Assembly: GCA_048500275.1 (NCBI GenBank)
Contig: JASNYI010000003.1
Span: 869,516 to 933,515 of the forward strand
Direction: 5' to 3'
Origin: Thermoanaerobaculia bacterium
GTDB lineage: Bacteria; Acidobacteriota; Thermoanaerobaculia; UBA5066
Length of the DNA stretch: 64,000 nt
This document shows positions 9,370 through 19,372 of the stretch, piece after piece. The notes below the pieces were generated by a model, which worked only from the letters and a program-made list of their open reading frames with translations, was not told where the DNA came from and made no database searches. Position numbers and translations under genes: made by a program. Within the stretch, counting starts at the first letter, position 1. Each line of letters opens with the position of its first letter.

Positions 9370-12300
9370 CTACGGCAGGAGCGTCCCCTGGGCGTACTTC
9401 AGGTTCGCGAGGGCGACGATGTAGTCCCGCTTCGCCTTCGCGAGATTTCCCTCGGCCTGGCGCGCGTTCACGAGGGCATCGTCCACGTCGAGGCGCGTCT
9501 TCACCCCGAGGTCGAGCCCCGTCTCGGACATCTCGAGGAGGCGCCGCGCCTGGGCGACGTTCCCGGAAAGCGCGTTCACGACCTCGGCCGCGACCCTCGC
9601 CTGGTCGAGGGCGGTGCGCACCTCGACGTACAGGCCGTCCCGGGCCTTCGCGAGGTCCAGCTCGGCCCGGGAGAGGTCGCTCTTCGCCTGGACGACCCGG
9701 CCGCGAGTCGCGAGCCCGTCGAAGAAGGGAAACGTGAGGTAGACGCCCGTCCCCCAGACCTTCCCGTCGGCCTGGAAGGAGCTCGCGTCGAACCAGGACC
9801 ACCCGGCGTTCGCCCGGAGGTCGAGCCGCGGCTTGTCGTCGGCGTTCCTGATCTTCACGAACTCGCGGTAGATGCCGACGGCGTTCTCGAGGCCCCTCAC
9901 GTCGGGGCGCCTCTCGAGGGCCGTCCGCACCGCCACCTCGAACGACGGGACCTCCACCGCGTCCGCCTCGAGCGTCCCCTCGACGTCGAGGTCCAGCTTC
10001 TCCTCGGCCAGGACGAGCCGGAGCCGGTCGAGGGCGATGAGGACGAGGTTCGCCGTGCGGATCACCTCCGGCCTCTGGTTGTCGAGGGCGACGCGGGCGG
10101 CGAGGACGTCGTAGTCCGTCGCCGTCCCGAGGCCGTATCGCTTCTCGGCCTCGGCCAGCTGCTTCTCGCGCTGAGCGAGGGTCTCCTTCGAGATCGACTC
10201 CAGCTCGCGGGCGAGGAGGACGTCGTGGAAGGCCTCCGTCACGTCCCGGACGGCGGCCTGGCGGTAGTGCGCCAGCTGCGCGTCGGCCGCGGCGATGCCG
10301 TCCTTTGCGGCACGAACGGCGGCGCCCACCTTTCCCCAGGCGAACAGCGTCTGGGAGAGGCCGACCCCGGCCGCGCTCGTCGTCTGGCCGGAAGGGAAGA
10401 GCCCCCCCGTGAGGGCCGCGAAGGTCCCGTCCCAGGAGCGGCCCATCGAGGCGTTCACCGAGAGGTTCGGCAGCGCGGCGGCGCGCTCCTCGACGTACTT
10501 GCCGCGCACCCAGTCCTGGTAGCTGCGCGCCTTCTCGACGTCCCGGTTCTTCTCGACGGCGATCGCGACCGCCTGCTCGAGGGTCAGGACGCGGCGGGCC
10601 GGGACGGGCGCTTCCTCCGCCGAGAGCCGGGTCGCAGGGGCGAGGAGGGCGAGGACGAGGAGCCCGGCGGCAGCGCCCCTGGCCGCCGCCTTGCCCGTGT
10701 GGCCCAGCGCGTCCCGCTCGAGCGCGTTCGCCTTCGACCAGCGGCGGTGGAGCCACGCGGCGAAGTCGTCGAAGAGCGCGTAGACGACCGGGACGACGAG
10801 GAGCGTGAGGACCGTCGAGGTGATGAGCCCCCCGATGACGGCCCGCCCGAGCGGCGCCCGCATCTCGGCCCCCTGGCCGAGGCCGAGGGCGAGCGGCAGC
10901 ATGCCGAAGATCATCGCGAGGGTCGTCATCATGATGGGCCGGAGCCGGGTCCGGCCCGCGGTGATGAGCGCCTCGCGCCGCTCCATCCCGCCCTTCCTCA
11001 GGACCTTCGTGTAGTCGACGAGGAGGATCGCGTTCTTGGTGACGAGGCCCATCAGGAGAATGAGGCCGATGAGCGACATGATGCTCAGCGTGTCCCCCGT
11101 CAGGGCGAGCATCCCCGCCATCCCGACGATCGAGAGCGGGAGCGAGAGCATGATCGAGAGCGGGTCGATGAACGACTCGAACTGGGCCGCGAGGATGAGG
11201 TAGACGAAGACGATGGCCAGGAGGAGCGCCTCGGCCATGTAGCCGAAGCTCTCCTCCATCCGTTCCGCCTCGCCCGGGAAGAAGATCTCGTAGCCCGGGG
11301 CCATCTCGATCTTCGCCGCCGCCGCTCGGATCTGCTCCACGGCCGCGCCGAGCGGGAGGTCGTCGAGGTTCGCGGTGAGGAGGACCTCCCGGGAGAGGTC
11401 CCGGCGGGAGATCTCCGAGGGCGTCGCTGCCCTCTCGGCCGTGACGAGCTCGGAGAGGGGGACGAGGGCGGGGGCGCCCGCCGGGCGCGGGACGGCGATC
11501 CTCAGGTCGCCGATCTGCGACACGTCGCGCCGCATCTCGAGCGGGAGGCGGATGCGGACGTCCACCGCCTCGCCCTCCTCGTCCTCGTAGGTCGTGACGG
11601 CCTGCCCTCCGACGAGGGCGCCGATCGTGCGGGCGATGGCGGGTGTCGAGAGGCCCGCGTCGGCCGTGCGTTCGCGATCCACGACCAGACGGTACTCGGG
11701 GAGGTCGAGCTCGAGCGTCACCTCCACGTCCTCGATCCCCCGGATTGCCAGGACCCCCTTCTTCAGCTCGGCGGCGTACTTCTTCAGGAGAGGGATCTCC
11801 TCGCCCCGGATCGAGACCATCACCGGCTTCTCGGCGAACTCGTCGCTCTGCATCTCGACCGACGGGATGATCCCGGCGATCGACGCGATGCGCCGGCGCG
11901 CCTCTGCCGCGAGGACCGTCGCGTGCTTGTTTCGCTCCGACTTCTCGACGAGTTTCACGTAGACGCGGGCGTCCCGGACGGTGCCCATGTCCCCCGCGCC
12001 GATGGAGGCGTAGGTGTGCTTCACCTCCGGCATCTTCGCGAGCTCGCCGAGGACGGCGTCCATCCGCCCTCGCGTCTCCTCGAAGGAGGCGTCCGGGGCG
12101 GTCTTGAACTTGACCTGGAACTCGGCCTGGTCGTAGGCGCCGAGGAACTCGCTCTTGAGCGTCCCGAAGAGGAAGAGACCCGCCACGAAGGCGAGGGTCG
12201 CCATGCCGAGGACCGCCTTTCGATGGTCGAGAGCCCAGGCGACGAGCCCCTTGTAGCCGTCCGCCGTCCGGTCGAACCAGTCGTTGAAACGGTCGAGGAG

Positions 12301-13812
12301 GCGCGCCACGGCGTGGCGCTTGCCGATCCTCTCGACGTCCGGGTCGACCCAGCGCGAGGAGAGCATCGGGTCGAGCGTGAAGGAGACGAAGAGGGAGACG
12401 AGGACGGCGAAGGCGACCGTGATTCCGAACTGGAAGAAGAAGCGCCCCATGATCCCCTTCATGAAGGCGACCGGGACGAAGACCGCGACGATGGAGAGCG
12501 TCGTGGCGAGGACCGCGAGGCCGATCTCCGCGGTCCCGACGCGGGCCGCCGTCATGTGGTCCTTGCCCATCTCGAGGTGCCGCACGATGTTCTCCCGGAC
12601 GACGATGGCGTCGTCGATGAGGAGCCCGATCGCGAGCGAGAGCGCCATGAGAGTCATGATGTTCAGCGTCATCCCGAGGAAGTGCATGGCGATGAACGAG
12701 GAAATGACGGAGATCGGGAGCGTCAGGCCGGTGATGACGGTCGACCGCCACGAGTTGAGGAAGAGGAAGACGATGAGGACGGTCAGGATACCGCCGATGA
12801 CCAGGGTCGTCGTCACGTCGTGGACCGACTCCTTGATCATGATCGAGCCGTCCCTGACGACCTGGATCTCGACAGAGGGAGGGAGCTCCGTGCGCAGCCT
12901 CTCGACCTCCCGGTTGACCGCCTCGACGACACCCACCGTATTCGACTTGCTCTGCTTGTAGACGTCGATCGCGACGGCCGGGACGCCGCTGACGAGGGCG
13001 AGCTTCCTCTGCTCCTCGACGGTGTCCCTCACCTCCGCGATCTCGCCGAGCGAGACCGGGACGCCGCCCCGGGACGCCACCACCATGGAGCGGAATCCCT
13101 CGACCTCCTTCGGCTTGCCCGAGACGCGTACGGGCATCTCCTGGCCGCCCCGGTCGAGGCGCCCGAGCGGCGTGTTGACGTTCTCGCCCGCGAGCCCCGC
13201 GACGACCTCGTCGACCCCGAGCCCGAGGGCGTCGAGGCGCGACGGGTCGAGGTCGACGGCGACCTCGCGCTGGCTCTCGCCGACGAGGTCGACCTTCCCG
13301 ACGCCGGGGAGGTTCTCGATGCGCCTCTTCACCTTCCTGTCGACGAGGGTCGTCAGCTCTCGCGGGGTCATCTCCGCCGAGCGGACGGCCAGCGAGATGA
13401 CGGCCATCCCGCCGATGTCGAACTTCTGGATGACCGGCTCCTCGATCCCCTGGGGCAGGTCGTTGCGGATGGCCGAGACCTTCGCGCGGGCGTCCTGGGC
13501 CGCGTCGTTGATCTTCACCTCCAGGTTGAACTCGACGATGACGGTCGACAGGCCCTCGCGCGACGTCGAGTAGACGTGCTTGACCCCGGCGATCGGGTTG
13601 ACGGCCTGCTCGACCCTCTTCGTCACCTCGCGTTCGACGGTCTCGGGCGAGGCGCCGGGGAACTGGGTGATGACCGTGAGGACCGGGATCTCGATGTCCG
13701 GCATCATGTCTATGGCGAGGCGCCGGTACGAGAACGTCCCGAGGGTGACGAGGGCGAGCATGAGGACCGTCGCGAAGACGGGCCTCTTGATGGACATGTC
13801 GGACAGGAACAT
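9370..13812 (-). CDS. RND efflux permease (about aa 1-1035, AcrB/CzcA-like) continuous in frame with an outer-membrane factor (about aa 1036-1480, TolC/OprM-like). No stop codon or canonical start separates the two halves.
   Basis: Track ORF of 1480 aa. The N-terminal 1035 aa have 12 TM helices and two large periplasmic loops typical of RND pumps. The last TM and tail read ...VVPVVYALFDDFAAWLHRRWSKANALERDALGHTG. This is followed directly by KAAARGAAAGLLVLALLAPATRLSA/EEAP (signal-peptide-like) and then a TolC-family two-repeat alpha/beta-barrel sequence. The junction is at about 10705-10707. Confidence 0.8.
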   Translation of the reverse strand: MFLSDMSIKRPVFATVLMLALVTLGTFSYRRLAIDMMPDIEIPVLTVITQFPGASPETVEREVTKRVEQAVNPIAGVKHVYSTSREGLSTVIVEFNLEVKINDAAQDARAKVSAIRNDLPQGIEEPVIQKFDIGGMAVISLAVRSAEMTPRELTTLVDRKVKRRIENLPGVGKVDLVGESQREVAVDLDPSRLDALGLGVDEVVAGLAGENVNTPLGRLDRGGQEMPVRVSGKPKEVEGFRSMVVASRGGVPVSLGEIAEVRDTVEEQRKLALVSGVPAVAIDVYKQSKSNTVGVVEAVNREVERLRTELPPSVEIQVVRDGSIMIKESVHDVTTTLVIGGILTVLIVFLFLNSWRSTVITGLTLPISVISSFIAMHFLGMTLNIMTLMALSLAIGLLIDDAIVVRENIVRHLEMGKDHMTAARVGTAEIGLAVLATTLSIVAVFVPVAFMKGIMGRFFFQFGITVAFAVLVSLFVSFTLDPMLSSRWVDPDVERIGKRHAVARLLDRFNDWFDRTADGYKGLVAWALDHRKAVLGMATLAFVAGLFLFGTLKSEFLGAYDQAEFQVKFKTAPDASFEETRGRMDAVLGELAKMPEVKHTYASIGAGDMGTVRDARVYVKLVEKSERNKHATVLAAEARRRIASIAGIIPSVEMQSDEFAEKPVMVSIRGEEIPLLKKYAAELKKGVLAIRGIEDVEVTLELDLPEYRLVVDRERTADAGLSTPAIARTIGALVGGQAVTTYEDEEGEAVDVRIRLPLEMRRDVSQIGDLRIAVPRPAGAPALVPLSELVTAERAATPSEISRRDLSREVLLTANLDDLPLGAAVEQIRAAAAKIEMAPGYEIFFPGEAERMEESFGYMAEALLLAIVFVYLILAAQFESFIDPLSIMLSLPLSIVGMAGMLALTGDTLSIMSLIGLILLMGLVTKNAILLVDYTKVLRKGGMERREALITAGRTRLRPIMMTTLAMIFGMLPLALGLGQGAEMRAPLGRAVIGGLITSTVLTLLVVPVVYALFDDFAAWLHRRWSKANALERDALGHTGKAAARGAAAGLLVLALLAPATRLSAEEAPVPARRVLTLEQAVAIAVEKNRDVEKARSYQDWVRGKYVEERAAALPNLSVNASMGRSWDGTFAALTGGLFPSGQTTSAAGVGLSQTLFAWGKVGAAVRAAKDGIAAADAQLAHYRQAAVRDVTEAFHDVLLARELESISKETLAQREKQLAEAEKRYGLGTATDYDVLAARVALDNQRPEVIRTANLVLIALDRLRLVLAEEKLDLDVEGTLEADAVEVPSFEVAVRTALERRPDVRGLENAVGIYREFVKIRNADDKPRLDLRANAGWSWFDASSFQADGKVWGTGVYLTFPFFDGLATRGRVVQAKSDLSRAELDLAKARDGLYVEVRTALDQARVAAEVVNALSGNVAQARRLLEMSETGLDLGVKTRLDVDDALVNARQAEGNLAKAKRDYIVALANLKYAQGTLLP

Positions 13813-13815
13813 GGC

Positions 13816-14919
13816 TCAGGCTCCGCGGGCGACCTGGACGCGGTCCCCGTCGCGCAGGTTGAAGCCGCCCCGGGTGACGACCTCCTGCCCGGGCGAGAGG
13901 CCCTTCAGGACCTCGACGCGGTCCCCCGGCGCGGCGCCGGTCTCGACCACGACCCTCTTCGCGACGCCACCGTCGACGACGAAGACCGCGGCCTGGCGCG
14001 AGACGGTGTCCCACGAGACGAGCGCCGAGCGCGGCACGACGAGGACGCCGGAACGCCGGCCGGTGACGATCCGCCCCTTGACGAAGAGCCCGGGCTTGAG
14101 GCTCTCGTCGGCGTTCTTCACCTCGGCCTTCACCTTCACCGTCCGGCTCGCCTCGTCGGCCGCCGGGTTGATGAAGGAGACCGTCCCGGCGAGCTCCCGG
14201 CCCGGGAACGCGTCGCTCGTGAAGGCAAAGGGCTGGCCCACCTTCAGCTCGGCCATCCGGGCCGACGGGACGTTCGCGGTCAGCTCGAGCCGCCGGCTGT
14301 CGACGACCCGGAACATCGGCGCCGGGTTTCCCATGTTCTCGACGTAGTCGCCGACGTTCACGTTGCGGAGGGCGACGACGCCGTCGATCGGCGCGCGGAT
14401 CACGGCCTTGGCGAGGCGGGTCTCGGCCATCGCGAGCTGGCCCTTCGCGGCAGCCGCCCCGGCGCGGGCCGCCTCCTCGATCGTCTTTGCCTCGTCGAGC
14501 TGCTGCTGGGTCGCGAGCCCGGCCTCCTTCAGCTTCACGGTCCGTTCCCGCTCGCGCGTCGCGCGCTGGGCGGAGACCTCCGCCTGGAGCGCGGTGGCGC
14601 GGGCGGACTGGACGGCGGCCTCGATCTCGCTCGGGTCGAGGCGGGCGAGAGGCGTCCCCGCCTTCACGCGCACCCACTGGGTGACGAAGACCTCGACGAC
14701 CGTCCCGGAGTACTCGGTCTTCACGTCGGCCTCGCTGACGGCCGCGAGCGTCCCGACGACCTCGACGGCCTCCTCGAGCTCGGCGTCCGCGGCCTTCGTC
14801 GTCTCTACGGCCACGGGGGGCCGGGAGTCGGGGGAGGTCTTCCCGTCGGCCGGCTTCCCGCAGCCGGACGCGGAGAGGAGGAGGACGAAGGAAAGGACGG
14901 CGAGGGTCGTGCTCTTCAT
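13816..14919 (-). CDS. RND efflux periplasmic adaptor (membrane fusion protein, HlyD/AcrA family), lipoprotein.
   Basis: Track ORF of 367 aa. Lipobox LLLSASGC. Biotinyl/lipoyl-like and beta-barrel MFP motifs are present. Its stop (13816-13818) lies 3 nt before the RND start (13812). Confidence 0.85.
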   Translation of the reverse strand: MKSTTLAVLSFVLLLSASGCGKPADGKTSPDSRPPVAVETTKAADAELEEAVEVVGTLAAVSEADVKTEYSGTVVEVFVTQWVRVKAGTPLARLDPSEIEAAVQSARATALQAEVSAQRATRERERTVKLKEAGLATQQQLDEAKTIEEAARAGAAAAKGQLAMAETRLAKAVIRAPIDGVVALRNVNVGDYVENMGNPAPMFRVVDSRRLELTANVPSARMAELKVGQPFAFTSDAFPGRELAGTVSFINPAADEASRTVKVKAEVKNADESLKPGLFVKGRIVTGRRSGVLVVPRSALVSWDTVSRQAAVFVVDGGVAKRVVVETGAAPGDRVEVLKGLSPGQEVVTRGGFNLRDGDRVQVARGA

Positions 14920-15575
14920 CGCGTGGTCTCCTGGAGGGCGGGGGTGGGCGCGGCGAGGCCCGAGAAGACGAGGTCGAGCGTCCGGCGGAGGCCGTCCTGC
15001 CCGAGCCCCAGCTCCGGGTGCGCGAGGGTGAGGTCGATGTTGAAGGAGAGGACGCCCATCAGGGCGAGCGTCACGTCCCCGGGGTTCGCGGCGCGGAGGT
15101 CGCCCGCGGCGATCCCCTCCGAGGCGATCTCGGCGATGACGGCCTTCAGCTTCTCGTGGAAGATCTCGAAGTCGAACGGGGGGGCGCCCTGGGCCGGACC
15201 CCAGAACACGGCGTTCATCATCCGGACCTCGGCCTTCTTCCTCTCGAAGACCTCGAAGATCCCGACGAGGAAGCCCTCCAGGCGCTCGCGCGCCGTCCCC
15301 TCGCGGACCCGGTTCGCCGCGATCGCCTCGTCGGCGAGCCGAAGAAGCTCCTCGAGGATCGCGAGGTAGATCCCCTCCTTGCTCTGGAAGTGGTAGTAGA
15401 GGGCCGGCTTGGTGACGCCGGCCATCTCGACGATCTCCCGCACCGAGGTCGCGGCGTATCCCCGGTTCGTGAAAAGGAGGATCGCCGCGTCCATAAGTCG
15501 CTTGCGGACAGAGCTTTCTGTGACTTCTTCCTGCACGGGATTCGGGCCTCCGGGCCGGTCGCCGCTCGTACCCAC
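14916..15575 (-). CDS. TetR/AcrR-family transcriptional repressor.
   Basis: Track ORF of 219 aa. TetR HTH: RKRLMDAAILLFTNRGYAATSVREIVEMAGVTKPALYYHF. GTG start at 15575. Its stop overlaps the MFP start (ATGA at 14916-14919). Confidence 0.8.
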   Translation of the reverse strand: MGTSGDRPGGPNPVQEEVTESSVRKRLMDAAILLFTNRGYAATSVREIVEMAGVTKPALYYHFQSKEGIYLAILEELLRLADEAIAANRVREGTARERLEGFLVGIFEVFERKKAEVRMMNAVFWGPAQGAPPFDFEIFHEKLKAVIAEIASEGIAAGDLRAANPGDVTLALMGVLSFNIDLTLAHPELGLGQDGLRRTLDLVFSGLAAPTPALQETTR

Positions 15576-15581
15576 GGGGCG

Positions 15582-15595
15582 CTACCGACCGGTAG
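15582..15595. promoter_or_regulatory. Inverted repeat CTACC-GACC-GGTAG in the TetR / P-type ATPase divergent promoter; candidate TetR operator.
   Basis: Seen in sequence at 15582-15595, 7 nt upstream of the TetR GTG. It lies in the 103-bp divergent region between the TetR operon and the ATPase gene. Confidence 0.25.
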
Positions 15596-15678
15596 GTAAT
15601 CTAGGTTCCGAGTCCGCGCCTGTCAAGGAAAAATCCCAGGCGACGATAATCCCCGCCCGGCGACATCCGAGGAGACGC

Positions 15679-18384
15679 ATGACGACGCCCGACGCCTGGT
15701 TCGCCCTCTCGACCGACAACGCCTGCCGGAACGCCCGCACGACCGCCGACGGGCTCACTGCGGACGAGGCGTTCCGCCGGCTCGCCGAGCTCGGCCCGAA
15801 CGTCCTCCCCAGGGGGGAGACGGAAGGGCCGCTCTCCCTGCTCCTCCGCCAGGTGAACGACCCGCTCATCTGGGTCCTCATCGGTTCGTCCGGGCTGGCG
15901 CTCGCCCTCGGTAAGGGGGTCGACGCCGCGGTCGTCCTCGGCGTCGTCGTCCTGAACGCGCTGATCGGGTTCGTCCAGGAGTGGAAGGCGGGCAAGGCGC
16001 TCGCCGCGCTCGAGGGAATGGTCCCGGAGCTGGCGACCGTCCGCCGTGACGGCATCCGGACGACCGTCCCGGCCTCAGGCCTGGTCGTCGGAGACGTCGT
16101 CCTCCTCGCCTCGGGCGACAAGGTCCCGGCCGACCTCCGCCTCCTCTCCGTCCGGAACCTCCAGGTCACCGAGGCCGCGCTCACCGGCGAGTCGCTCCCG
16201 GTGGCGAAGGAGACCGGGGCCCTCGCGCCCGGGACGCCCCTCGCGGACCGGCGGAACATGGCCTTCAGCGGGACGCTCGTCTCCTGCGGCACCGCCGAGG
16301 GCCTGGTCGTCGGCACCGGCGCCGCGACGGAGCTCGGCCGGATCTCGTCGCTCCTCGCCTCGGCCCACGAGATCGACACGCCCCTCACGCAGTCCCTGAA
16401 GAAGGTCGGCAAGGGCCTCACCGTCGCCATCGTCGCCGTCGCGGCCGCCCTGTTCGCCGTCGCCCTCCTCCGCGGCTTCCCGCTCGCGGACGCGGCGCTC
16501 GCCGCCGTCACGCTCGCCGTCGCGGCGATCCCCGAGGGGCTCCCGGCGATCATCACGATCACGCTGGCCATCGGGGTCCAGAGGATGGCCCGCCGGCGCG
16601 CGGTCGTCCGCCGCCTCCCCGCGGTCGAGACGCTCGGCTCGACGACCGTCATCTGCTCCGACAAGACCGGGACGCTCACGCGAAACGAGATGACGGCGGC
16701 CCGCCTCTACACCCCCGAGGGGCTCTACGAGGTGACGGGCGTCGGCTACGCGCCGACGGGCGAGGTCCGTCGCGACGGGACGGCCGTCGCACCCGTGCCC
16801 GCCGACGTGGCGGCGCTCCTGCGCGCAGGCGCCCTCTGCGGCGACGCGCGCCTCGCCCGGGACGGGGACGCCTGGGTCCTCCACGGCGACCCGACGGAGG
16901 GGTCGATCGTCGTCGCCGCCGAGAAGGCCGGGCTCGGCGTGGAGGACCTCCGCGCCGCAGCCCCGCGGGTCGACGCGCTCCCGTTCGAGTCGGAGAACCA
17001 GTTCATGGCGACCTTCCACGAAGCGGGAGGCGGTCCCGAGATCCTCGTGAAGGGGGCTCCCGAGGTCGTCCTGCGAATGTGCTCGGGAGGCCTCTCGGAG
17101 GAGCGCGCCTCCGCGGCGCTCGGGGCAGCCGAGGAGATGGCGCGCGAGGGGATGCGCGTCCTCGCCATCGGGCGCCGGGCAGGACGCCCCGCGGGGAGCG
17201 AGGTGACGAAGGAGGACGTCGCCGCCGGCGTCGAGCTCCTCGGCCTCGTCGGGATGATCGACCCGCCCCGCCCCGAGGCCGTCGCGGCGATCGCGGCCTG
17301 CCACCGGGCCGGGATCACGGTGAAGATGATCACGGGGGACCACCGCGCGACCGCGGCCGCCATCGGCCGGCAGATCGGGATCCTCCGCGAGGGGGAGGAG
17401 GCCGTTGCGGGACACGCGCTCGAAGGCGCCTCCGACGCCGACCTCGAGAGCCTCGCCGGCGGGAGGAACGTCTTCGCGCGCGTGGCCCCCGAGCACAAGC
17501 TGCGCCTCGTGACCGCCCTCCAGGCGCGCGGCGAGGTGGCCGCGATGACGGGAGACGGGGTCAACGATGCTCCGGCCCTGAAGCAGGCGAACATCGGCGT
17601 CGCGATGGGGATCACGGGGACCGCCGTGACGAAGGAGTCGGCCGACCTCGTCCTCCTCGACGACAACTTCGCGACGATCGCGGCGGCCGTGGAGGAGGGG
17701 CGCCGCATCTGGGACAACCTCGTCAAGTCGCTCGCCTTCGTCCTCCCGACGAACATCGGCGAGGCGCTCCTGATCCTCGTCGCCGTCGCCTTCTTCCCCG
17801 TCGTCGACGGAAACGCGCTCCTCCCGGTCCTCCCGGTCCAGATCCTCTGGATCAACCTCGTGGCCACCGTCGCGCTCGCGCTGCCTCTCGCCTTCGAGGC
17901 GAAGGAGCCGGACGTGATGAGCCGCCCGCCGCGTCGCCCCGGAACGCCGCTCCTCGGCGGCTTCGTCGCCTTCCGGACGGTCCTCGTCGCGGTCCTGATG
18001 GCGGCTGCGGGAATCGGCCTCTTCCTTCACGAGTACCGGCGCGACCTCGCGCTCGGCCACGAGCCTGCCCTCGCCCTCAGGGAGGCGCAGACGATGGTCG
18101 TGACCACCGTCGTCCTCTTCCAGGTCTTCTACCTCTTCAACTGCCGGTCGCTCCGCGACTCGGTCTTCCGGATCGGCCTCTTCTCGAACCCGGCGGTGTG
18201 GCTGGGCATCGGAGGGCTCCTTCTCCTTCAGGCCGCCTTCGTCTACGCCCCCTTCTTCCACGCGCTCTTCGGCTCGGCCCCGCTCGACGTCACGGAGATC
18301 CTGAAGTCCGCGGCTGCGGCGGCGGTCGTCCTCCCGGTCGTCTCCCTCGAGAAGGCGCTCCGGAAACGGAGCCGGCGGGGCTGA
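15679..18384 (+). CDS. Cation-transporting P-type ATPase (type II, Ca2+/Mg2+-ATPase-like).
   Basis: Internal ATG at 15679 of ORF 15409..18384, preceded by GAGGAG. Motifs present: DKTGTLT phosphorylation site, [35 protein letters not shown], and 10 TM helices. Confidence 0.9.
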   Translation: MTTPDAWFALSTDNACRNARTTADGLTADEAFRRLAELGPNVLPRGETEGPLSLLLRQVNDPLIWVLIGSSGLALALGKGVDAAVVLGVVVLNALIGFVQEWKAGKALAALEGMVPELATVRRDGIRTTVPASGLVVGDVVLLASGDKVPADLRLLSVRNLQVTEAALTGESLPVAKETGALAPGTPLADRRNMAFSGTLVSCGTAEGLVVGTGAATELGRISSLLASAHEIDTPLTQSLKKVGKGLTVAIVAVAAALFAVALLRGFPLADAALAAVTLAVAAIPEGLPAIITITLAIGVQRMARRRAVVRRLPAVETLGSTTVICSDKTGTLTRNEMTAARLYTPEGLYEVTGVGYAPTGEVRRDGTAVAPVPADVAALLRAGALCGDARLARDGDAWVLHGDPTEGSIVVAAEKAGLGVEDLRAAAPRVDALPFESENQFMATFHEAGGGPEILVKGAPEVVLRMCSGGLSEERASAALGAAEEMAREGMRVLAIGRRAGRPAGSEVTKEDVAAGVELLGLVGMIDPPRPEAVAAIAACHRAGITVKMITGDHRATAAAIGRQIGILREGEEAVAGHALEGASDADLESLAGGRNVFARVAPEHKLRLVTALQARGEVAAMTGDGVNDAPALKQANIGVAMGITGTAVTKESADLVLLDDNFATIAAAVEEGRRIWDNLVKSLAFVLPTNIGEALLILVAVAFFPVVDGNALLPVLPVQILWINLVATVALALPLAFEAKEPDVMSRPPRRPGTPLLGGFVAFRTVLVAVLMAAAGIGLFLHEYRRDLALGHEPALALREAQTMVVTTVVLFQVFYLFNCRSLRDSVFRIGLFSNPAVWLGIGGLLLLQAAFVYAPFFHALFGSAPLDVTEILKSAAAAAVVLPVVSLEKALRKRSRRG

Positions 18385-18404
18385 TTTCTCCCGGGCCGCG
18401 CGCG

Positions 18405-19335
18405 TCAGCCCTTCGGCGGCACCTTCGCGAGGCGGTCGCCCGCTCCGAGGGCGACCCAGATCGAACCGTCCGGCGCGGCCGCGACGGCCAGGGGCGCCTC
18501 CGGCAGCGCCCGCCAGGAGACCTTGCCGCTCGTCGGGTCGAGGCGGCCGAGCTTCTTCGCCCCCGGCGCGCCGAACCAGACCCCGCCGTCCCCCGCGACG
18601 GCGATGCCGAGGGGCGCGTTCTCCAGCCGGTATTCCCGGATCGCGCCGTCCGGCGAGACGCGCGCGAGACGGCTCACGTTCGGGAGGGTGACCCAGAAGC
18701 TCCCATCCGGGGCCGGCGCCACGGCGTCCGGGCGGGCGTTGAGCGTGGGGATCGCCCAGGCCGAGACGCCGCCGTCCGGCGTGACCCTCACGACCCGGTT
18801 CCCTCGCCGCTCCACGACCCACGCCGAGCCGTCGGCCGCGGCGGCGACGGCCGCCGGCTCTCCCCCTTCGAGAAGCGCGTACTCGCGGATCGTCCCGTCC
18901 GGCGTGCGCCGCCCGACGCGCCCTTCCGACGGCAGGGTGAACCAGAGCGCGCCGTCGCCCGAGACGGCGATGCCCGTCGGCTCGCCCCCCGGCCTTCTCG
19001 AGCGGGATCTCCGTGAAGGCGCCGTCCGGTCCCACGCGCCCGAGCCGGACGCCCGCGAGGTCGGCCGCCCAGACGGTCCCGTCCGACTGGAGGGCGAGGC
19101 CGAGAGGCTGGGTGCCCCTCGACGGGAACTCGGTCAGGGCCACTTCGCCGGAAGGGCTCACGCGCCCCACGCCGCCGGAGAACTGCGCCGTGTACCAGAC
19201 CGTTCCGTCCGCCGCGACGGCGAGGGCCGCGACCCCCGTGCCGTCGGGGAGGGAGACGACCTCGAGCGCGGAGGCGCCCGCCGGCGAGAGGAGCAGAGCC
19301 AGGACGAGAGCCGACCGGAGGAGAGGTGAACGCAT
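18405..19335 (-). pseudogene. Secreted beta-propeller repeat protein (virginiamycin B lyase / SMP-30-like repeats) interrupted by a +1/-1 frameshift at a C6 homopolymer (18985-18990).
   Basis: The N-terminal frame (19335 down to about 18990) gives MRSPLLRSALVLALLLSPAGASALEVVSLPDGTGVAALAVAADGTVWYTAQ...GAFTEIPLEKAGG, then becomes R-rich nonsense. The adjacent frame continues correctly as EPTGIAVSGDGALWFTLPSEGRVGRRTPDGTIREY...VVERRGNRVVRVTPDGG into track ORF 18405..18815 (…AVAGDGGVWFGAP…AAAPDGSIWVAL…). The switch coincides with GGGGGG on the coding strand. Confidence 0.6.
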
Positions 19336-19372
19336 CGGGTGACCGCCCCACGGGCGCCGCGTGCCGGGCGCC

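Noticed and set aside
9370-13812. Reading the 1480-aa ORF as a functional, uncleaved RND-OMF fusion protein.
   Set aside because: An inner-membrane RND trimer covalently tethered to an outer-membrane barrel is topologically implausible without cleavage. I keep the single-ORF observation but favour internal initiation, a signal-peptidase-cleaved fusion, or a lost stop codon (see the first finding).
6353-14677. A 2774-aa minus-strand ORF spanning the methyltransferase, LuxR, RND and MFP loci.
   Set aside because: Apart from its last 363 codons (the methyltransferase), the translation is dominated by Arg/Gly/Asp/Glu/Pro runs typical of wrong-frame GC-rich DNA. Recognisable genes occupy other frames and the other strand across the same span.
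16075-19335. A 1086-aa minus-strand ORF overlapping the P-type ATPase.
   Set aside because: Downstream of about 18990 it is antisense nonsense opposite the ATPase gene. Only the first ~115 codons are genuine (the N-terminus of the frameshifted beta-propeller gene).
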